A stretch of 64,000 nt of DNA from the human T2T-CHM13v2.0 reference genome, Homo sapiens: NCBI RefSeq assembly GCF_009914755.1, contig NC_060932.1; one strand, given 5' to 3'. The position numbers and the translations under genes are program-made. A model generated the notes under the pieces. That model did no database searches, had not been told where the DNA came from, and saw nothing but the letters and a program-made list of their open reading frames with translations. This document shows, in pieces, positions 56,446-64,000 of this stretch; position 1 is the first letter of the stretch, and every line of letters starts with the position of its first letter.

Positions 56446-57263
56446 CTACAGCCCAGATCTCTGACTTCAGGAGTCACCCCATAGCCTGTGTTCTCACAGC
56501 ATGATTCTTTGCCAAATCTTTATTCTGTTTTACATTTTTTTCCCAACAGACTTTTACAGAGATTTTATTAGGTGTGATATAAAACACCTTCTGGGATTTC
56601 TAAGGCAGTTATCAACCAGCTCATAAGCTCTAGAGCTGGGGGCTCTGCATCACCCATGTGTCCTGAGCATGAATTGTTTCTTTAATACTGAATTTTAATT
56701 ATTCTGAGACTCTGGGGATTGTACGACTCATCCTATTTTTGGAGATGTTAAAGTGTTCAAAACAGTAAAAGCCTGTCAGAGAATCAGTGAAATAGAGTAA
56801 GAAGTACATGTTCACTGCCTCAATTGAGCCCCTTTTACATGGAACAACTGATTCTCAGTGAGTCCAAGGGTCTCATTCGAGGTCACAAGGTTAATCAGAG
56901 CAGAGCTGGCCCTGAAACCCAGGCTTCTGTCTCCTGACCTGAATCATACCTGATCCCAGAATTGTGACTGTTAACTACTGGGCTTGATATCATATATGAG
57001 TCTCTTTTTTGGGGGCATTCAGGGATTCTCACTGAGGAGGAGCGATGGGTGCAGGGGCAGGAAAGATAGATTTATTCTGTTCCCAGGCCATTTCGCATGA
57101 AACCAAAGTTTATTATAACCTTAATTTTGACAATCTTGGAGTTTTATGGGAAAGGAAGAGGTGGGCGGCCATAACTTAAACTACCCCCCACCCTGTTTAT
57201 TTTCCCCTCTCTTTTTCCTGTTTTCATTGTTTTCTTTCCCTTCAGCACTGTGCAGTTGCTTGC

Positions 57264-57627
57264 TGATGTGGTTTGGCTGCATCCCCACCCAAATCTCATC
57301 TTGAATTGTAGCTCCCACAATTCCCATGTGTCATGGGAGGAGCCCAGTGGGAGGTAATTGAATTATGGGAGCAGGTCTTTCCCCTGCTGTTCTCATGATA
57401 GTGAATAAGTCTGATGAGATCTGATGGTTTTATAAAGGGGAGTTCCCCTGCACAAGCTCTCTTGCCTGCCACCATGTAAGATGTGACTTTGCTCTTCCCT
57501 CATCTTCTGCCATGATTGTGAGGCCTCCCTAGCCATGTTGAACTGTGAGTCCATTAAATCTCTTTCCTTTATAAATTACCCAGTCTCAGGTATGTCTTTA
57601 TGAGCAGCATGAGAGCAGACTAATACA
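57264..57627 (+). mobile_element. Solo THE1B-like LTR (ERVL-MaLR), complete
   Basis: TGATGTGGTTTGGCTG...GACTAATACA with perfect 5-bp TSD CTTGC (57259-57263 and 57628-57632); TATA-like TTTATAAAGGGG; poly(A) signal ATTAAA at 57553-57558. Confidence 0.96.
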
Positions 57628-58109
57628 CTTGCCGGCCAGGCAGTGGAATGTGTGCAGGGGAAAGTGCCATCAGACCCCTCGGGCACTAGCACCACAAGGG
57701 CACGCTTGCTCTCAGACTCACCTCACTGACCCTACCTTGGGTTTTTACAAAGAACCAGAACAGTAAACAAAGGGAAGCATTCCATGAGTCTTTAAAAGGC
57801 ACTTTTTAAAAAGTCAGCAAAAATCAAGTAAGTTGTAACAAGGTTTGATAAACAACCCATCTTCATTTATAAGTAGGAGAAGTCAAAGATCATAACTATT
57901 TTGTGATGTTTACTCTAAACTATTCAAATATTGGCACTACACTCAGACTGTGGAAGGGAGAGAGATAAATAAATACCCATTCCTGCCTTCTACAGCCTCA
58001 CAATTCTTACTGGGGAGAAAACCATCATCATTACAAAGCAGAATGGAGTGAGTGTTAATTAGAGGTGTGAGAGGAATGGGCAGATGGAAATGTTTTGTGG
58101 AGGAAATAA

Positions 58110-58310
58110 CTCGGGTGTAGAGTCAGGCAAAGTCTATCTCAGTCGTTAGCTCTCTGAGTAACATTAATGAGATCTTCAAGCCCTCTGGGCCTCAGTTTCC
58201 TCCCGTGTAAACTGGGAACATTATGTATAGCCTATAGGCTGTTTGAGAATTAAATGAGCTCACATGTGTAATTGTTCTCGACATAGCAGAGGTTCTCAAA
58301 ACATTAGTTT
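58110..58310 (+). mobile_element. MIR SINE
   Basis: CTCTGGGCCTCAGTTTCCTCCCGTGTAAACTGGG..GAGAATTAAATGAG. Confidence 0.8.
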
Positions 58311-58599
58311 CTTCCTTTCCCATTTTCCTCCCTCTAAAATTCTATAGATACTCTCCATCCCTCAGTTCCATGCTCTTTGGTCCCTATGAAAGTTTAGGTT
58401 CCCCAGTCATAGTGCCTGAGAGAAGGTCTTGGGTATAGATAGTCTATCTTTGAGGTAGCACCAGGAAGCAAGGGTGAAAGAACAGAGAGGATGAGACAGA
58501 GAAAGAGAAAATCTAACATGAAGTTATACTTCTGTCATTATAGACCTTTATTTTGTCAGTGCAGTTGCCTCTGCTTGGATTTCCTGACCTAAGGATGAA

Positions 58600-58890
58600 A
58601 TTCTTCCAACTTCCGTTGCAGCTGGAAATGCCATGGTAATGGATGTAATTGCTGGGCTGGCAGCAGCCATCTTGCAACCATGAGGCAACAAGCATGTGTC
58701 AATATGTAAGGATGGCAGAGAAAACAACTAGAAGGCACTTGGATCTATGATGTCATGGTCGAACAGCCAAACCCACACTAGCAGTTCCACACCTCTAGGC
58801 CTCTCCCCATGTGCAAACATTAAACCCCTGTTTGTTTAATTTCAGCCAGTTTTCTGATATCAGCCTGGGAGCATATTCCTGACTGACATA
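58600..58890 (+). mobile_element. MLT1 LTR fragment (J-like) nested in an older LTR-like sequence
   Basis: GCAGCAGCCATCTTGCAACCATGAGG..TAAGGATGGCAGAG..GCATATTCCTGACTGACA. Confidence 0.6.
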
Positions 58891-59839
58891 TCCTTATGAA
58901 AACAGGGACTGTGGCTCTGTTGATCCAGTGGTGCTTTCGTGAGCACCTAGAATAGCACAGAGCACCCAATTGGTACTCAGCAAATGGTGCTATTATAATC
59001 TCATGGTGCGGCTGTGACTCCAGTCTGAGAGGCATTTCCTGTTTCCCAGGCTTATCTCCACCAAGGGGCAATGGCATCTGCAGGGGTGACTTCTGCAGTC
59101 AGATTTTATCCCAAGCCAATTATCCTCTAGCCTTTAACTCAATTTCTCCCTAGATGACATTCATGATCTTGTCAGCCTGTCCCAAAGGCCCTGGAATGTC
59201 CTGGAGCAATATCCCAGAGCGTGAGTCATGGACTTCTCCCTCATGACCCTTCCTGGTGTCTCTAAGTGAGATGCTGGTCCTGGTCAATCTCAGATTCAGA
59301 AACTATTTCCAGAGTGATATCAACCCAGGCTTTCTCTTCTGGGGCTGTAGAGGGAATGAGTAGGGTCTCATAGAAGTAGAGCTGGAAAGTATTGGGACCA
59401 GACAACCAGGCCTCTTAGTCACATACTCCAGGGACATCATTCCCCCTGTATTGCTGTCAGTGGTACCAGTGGAGTTGTGCCGTTCACGACCTGCACTGCT
59501 GCATGGGCTGCATGAAGAAGCCCTGCTGGCTGCACAGCTGCAAGACCTCTAGATGCTGCCATGTCCCACCAGCTTTTTATAAAGAGGACACTGAACAGCA
59601 GAGAGGTTGAGTATATCTTCCCAAATAGCATCCCAATACATAGCTAGTATATAGGGAAGTATATCTTCCCATATGCTATAAATGTATATATCATATTACA
59701 AATATAAATGCATATTCATATAATTGTATATTCAGTTAGAGAAAAAAAAGACTGGAAGAAAATAGTTAAACCAGGTTGCAGGATCATGGATGAATTTGCT
59801 GCTTGAGATCACACAGCACTTAAGGAATAGAGCCTGGAC

Positions 59840-60149
59840 TTTATTTTTATTTATTATTATTATTTTCTCAGACAAAGTCTCACTCTGTTACCCAGGCCAG
59901 AGTGCAGTGGCTTGGGCTCAGTTCACTGCAGCATTAACTTCCTGGGCTCAGGTGATCCTCCCACCTCAGCCTCCCAAGTAGCTGGGACTACAGGTGTGTG
60001 CCACCACACTCAACTAATTTTTTATTTTTAGTAGAGACGGGGTTTCGTCATGTTGCTAAGGCTCATCTCGACCTCTTGGGCTCAAGTGATCCTCTTTTCT
60101 TGGCCTCCCAAAGTGCTAGAATTACAGGCATGAGCCACCACACCATGCC
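59840..60149 (-). mobile_element. Alu SINE (AluJ-like)
   Basis: TTCACTGCAGC..CCTGGGCTCAGGTGATCCTCCCACCTCAGCC; (TTA)n tail; degenerate TSD CTGGA.TTT. Confidence 0.95.
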
Positions 60150-60189
60150 CTAGACTGGATTTTAAAATAATCTGTCTGGGGGCTCAAAG

Positions 60190-60630
60190 GCCTTTGACCT
60201 ACAGGAGCCCACCTGATCTGGCACCTGCTGCTTGTTGGGACAGGCCCACTCATGGTGCTGGGTCATACCAGCTGCTTGGCTGTTGTCTAGTTGTTTGAGC
60301 TTGTCCTGCCTCAGAGTTTTTGCACTAGCTCTTTCCTCTGCCTAGGATGTTTTTCTCCCCTCTTGCCAGTCAAGTTTTGTTTCAAATGTCCATTTTTCAA
60401 AGAGGAGTTTCCTGACTATCCAGTCTAAGATAGCCTCCGTGACTCTGCAAATCACTTCCACATTAGGTTTCTCTATTTAGCATCTGTTTGAAGCCACCTT
60501 ATCTCTGTGTTACTGTCTCTCTCCTGTGAGAATGTTAGCCCCATGAGCTCTGTCTGCTCTTTCTCCATTATTTTCCTGGCACCCAGCACTTACCATATAC
60601 TGGGTGTTTAGTACTATTTTAGGTTTAATA
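60190..60630 (+). mobile_element. L2 3' end
   Basis: CCTGCCTCAGAGTTTTTGCACTAGCT..CCTCTGCCTAGGATG, TCAAATGTC, GAATGTTAGCCCCATGAG. Confidence 0.7.
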
Positions 60631-60769
60631 AATTAAAGGGTTGGAATTGGGATTCTTGTAGCAATCCATCTGACTATAAAGCCGACACCCTTTCCCCGCA
60701 TTAGGTTGAAAGCAGTAATGGCCAAATGGGGAGAACAGAAAAGCATGGCTTGGCTCAAGCCATGAAAAT

Positions 60770-61025
60770 CAGCACACGGTGCGAGCTTTCTATATGCCAG
60801 GCCGTATCTCAAATTTGTTGACACAAGTGATCTCATTTATTCTCTCAGCAGCTCAGTGAAGCAGATACTATTATTTCCTTCATTTTACAGATGGTAAAAC
60901 TAACCCCCAAGGAACTAAGTGATCACATAAATAAGATTATATGGCTAATATGTGGCAGGGTCAGGATTTGAAGCCAGGCAGTACAGTTGTAGATCCCAGG
61001 CCTTCAACCATTGTGCTATCTTACC
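60770..61025 (-). mobile_element. MIR SINE
   Basis: CATTTTACAGATGGTAAAACT..TGTGGCAGGGTCAGGATTTGAAGCCAGGCAG. Confidence 0.8.
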
Positions 61026-61179
61026 TGTCTAGGCAGAAAGAGAATCACTGATATCACTTCACTTACATCCTCTGCAAAATATGAGGTTAGACTTGTTGTC
61101 AATGAAAGTTTGGAGCCTAGTAGAGAGTGAAGGATTAATTGTAGTCATGACCAACTTTGTCCAGGCCTCCCTGTTATCT

Positions 61180-61586
61180 CACCTACTGGGGATGCCCCTC
61201 CCTTGCTCATGCCTTCCCACACTGACCCTGGGCTTGCCCCATAGACGTGCTATAGGGCAGTGGCAAACACCCATCAAGCATGTGCTGACACCACCATGTG
61301 AATGAGCCTATGCGAGTTTGCTGGGGGATGAGAGGCCAGATGGGGCAGAGATGACTCATCCACACTAAGGCTGTTCTTGACCAGGCAACCCCCAGCCAGG
61401 AGACCGGCTGATCGCTGCTGCTAAACGAGTCCAGCCAGATCAGCTGAGCCTGCTGCCCAGCAAAAGAACTCCCCAACTAAGTCCAGTTCTAAATTGCCAG
61501 GCTACAGAATCATGTGCTACAGAAATACTTGTTTTAATCTACTAAGTTTGAGATGATTTAGCACACAGTAGAAACTAACTGATACA
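61180..61586 (+). mobile_element. ERVL-MaLR MLT1 LTR (H-like)
   Basis: CCATGTGAATGAGCC, CCAGATCAGCTGAGCCTG, terminal TTGTTTTAATCTACTAAGTTT..AACTAACTGATACA. Confidence 0.65.
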
Positions 61587-61599
61587 AAGGCTGAAGGGA

Positions 61600-61780
61600 T
61601 TGCCAAATATAATTATGCATTTAATCCTCCCAACAGCCCAGAGGCAGATATATTATCTCCATTTTGCAGATACGGAGAAGGCAAATAACTCTCCCAGCTA
61701 GTCAGTGGTGAAGCTGAGATTTAAATCCAAGCAGTCTGATTCTAAAATTTGTCTTTTTAACCTCTATACTATATTGCCTT
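61600..61780 (-). mobile_element. MIR SINE
   Basis: ATTTAATCCTCCCAACAGCCC..TATTATCTCCATTTTGCAGAT..GATTTAAATCCAAGCAGTCTGATTC. Confidence 0.8.
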
Positions 61781-61795
61781 TCAAAGACTCATTGA

Positions 61796-62082
61796 GTCTG
61801 TAATCCCAGCAATTTGGGTGGCAGAGACAGGTAGATAACTTGAGCTCAAGAGTTTGAGACCAGCCTGGGCAACATGGTGAAACCCAGTCTCTACCAAAAA
61901 TACAAAAAAATTAGGCAGGCAGGGTGGCGTGCGCCTGTAGTCCCAGCTACTCAGGAGGCTGGGGTGAGAGGATCACTTGAGACTACAAGGTGGAGGTTGC
62001 AGTGAGCAGAGATCCTGCTGCCACTGCACTCCAGCCTGGGTGACACAGTGAGACCCTGTTTCAAAAAAAAAAAAAAAAAAAA
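61796..62082 (+). mobile_element. Alu SINE (AluJb-like), slightly 5'-truncated
   Basis: Starts at CTGTAATCCCAGC; ACTTGAGCTCAAGAGTTTGAGACCAGCCTGGGCAAC; poly-A tail. Confidence 0.95.
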
Positions 62083-62199
62083 CTAATTAAAATCTGACCA
62101 TTTGTCAAAAACTATGCTAATTTCTGGGTATATGAAAACAAATAAAACAAGGTCTTTTACTCATAAATTTATACACATATATGTGAATACATATATTTA

Positions 62200-63110
<911 letters not shown>

Positions 63111-63149
63111 AAATCTTCCATGGGACTCCATCCCTGTGTTGCCATTTTC

Positions 63150-63600
63150 TGTTGTAACAAATTGCCACACACTTAGTGGCTTCCTGCAACACAAATTTAT
63201 TATCGTATAGTTTTGGAGGTGGTCAGAACGCCAAAAAGGTTTTATGGGCCTAAAGTCAAGGTATGGGTGGGGCTGCCTCCCTTTCTAGAGGCTCAGGGGA
63301 AAGTCTGTGTCTCAGCTTTTCCTGCTTTTAGAGGCTGCCTGCATTCTTTGGTACTTGGCTGCATCACTCTGACCTCCCTTCTGTTGTTACTTCTTCTCTG
63401 ACTCTGACCCTCTCGTCTCCCTCCTATAAGGACACCTGTGGTTATATTGAGCCTTCCTGAATATCCAGGATAACCTCATAATCTCAAGATCCCTACCTTA
63501 GTCAAACCCACAAAATCATTTTTGCCATGTAAGGTGATGTATTCATACCTTTTGAGAGTTAGGAAGCAGATCTATTTAAAAGCCATTATTTTGCCTACGC
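63150..63600 (-). mobile_element. ERVL-MaLR MLT1 LTR (C/D-like)
   Basis: TGTTGTAACAAATTGCCACACACTTAGTGGCTT..CAACACAAATTTATTAT, TATAAGGACACCTGTG, ATCTCAAGATCC, TTTGCCATGTAAGGT. Confidence 0.85.
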
Positions 63601-63839
63601 AATCCTCTTCAGGATAAATCCCAGATTTCTGAGAGTAGTGTCACAGCCTCTAAAATTTGGAGTCCCTCCAGTTCTTCCAGCCTTCAGTCCTACTGAATCC
63701 ATCTCCAGAACATTTGCTATCTTCCTGTAGGCCTCAGCTTCCTACTTTCTTGCCTTTATCTTCTTGTTCCTCCCTGGGAAGTCCCCTACCTTCTCCAAAC
63801 CCACATCTTATCCTTTCTTCAAGATCCAACTTTACATCT

Positions 63840-64000
63840 GTAGTAGACAGCAGTGACCATAAAGATACTGCATAACATAACTGCCCTGAAACTCAGTGGC
63901 TTAAACCCACGTTCATTCTCATTTATGTTTCTGCAGCTTGGCTGGGGTCAGGTCTGCTCTATGCATATTTCATCCTCCATGGACCAGAGCTGATTTTTGT
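63840..64000 (-). mobile_element. MLT1 LTR start (runs off window end)
   Basis: ATACTGCATAAC..CCCTGAAACTCAGTGGCTTAA. Confidence 0.55.

Noticed and set aside
56500-56575. Strong-looking acceptor TTTTTTCCCAACAG at 56549
   Set aside because: No convincing downstream donor or terminal signal identified; unsupported on its own.

Overview
Primate (most likely human) non-coding euchromatic DNA, intergenic or deep intronic. I find no credible protein-coding exon, RNA gene, CpG island, processed pseudogene or CRISPR-like array, and I cannot name the locus. The long ORFs in the track come from Alus or low-complexity tracts. The window is a dense fossil record of transposons: 24 Alu copies or fragments (J, S and Y ages, many with readable target-site duplications), old L1M/L1ME/HAL1, L2, L3/CR1 and MIR remnants, ERVL-MaLR/ERVL LTRs (THE1, MST, MLT1, MLT2, LTR16-like) and hAT/Tigger MITEs (MER58A, MER5A, MER20, MER3, MER44, MER96, Charlie4-like). 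Between them are repeat-free islands rich in developmental TF motifs (candidate enhancers). Family names come from recalled consensus sequences, not from a RepeatMasker/Dfam run, so subfamily calls and old-element boundaries are approximate. I found no evidence for a new biological system. The most notable observations are small rearrangement scars: a THE1/Alu/MST deletion junction with a templated duplication, a 16-nt micro-retrotransposition with its own TSD, a perfect 50-bp tandem duplication inside an Alu, fold-back template-switch scars, and a probable old 3.3-kb-distant local copy. There is also a candidate LTR-derived terminal exon and a young AluY that may be polymorphic.
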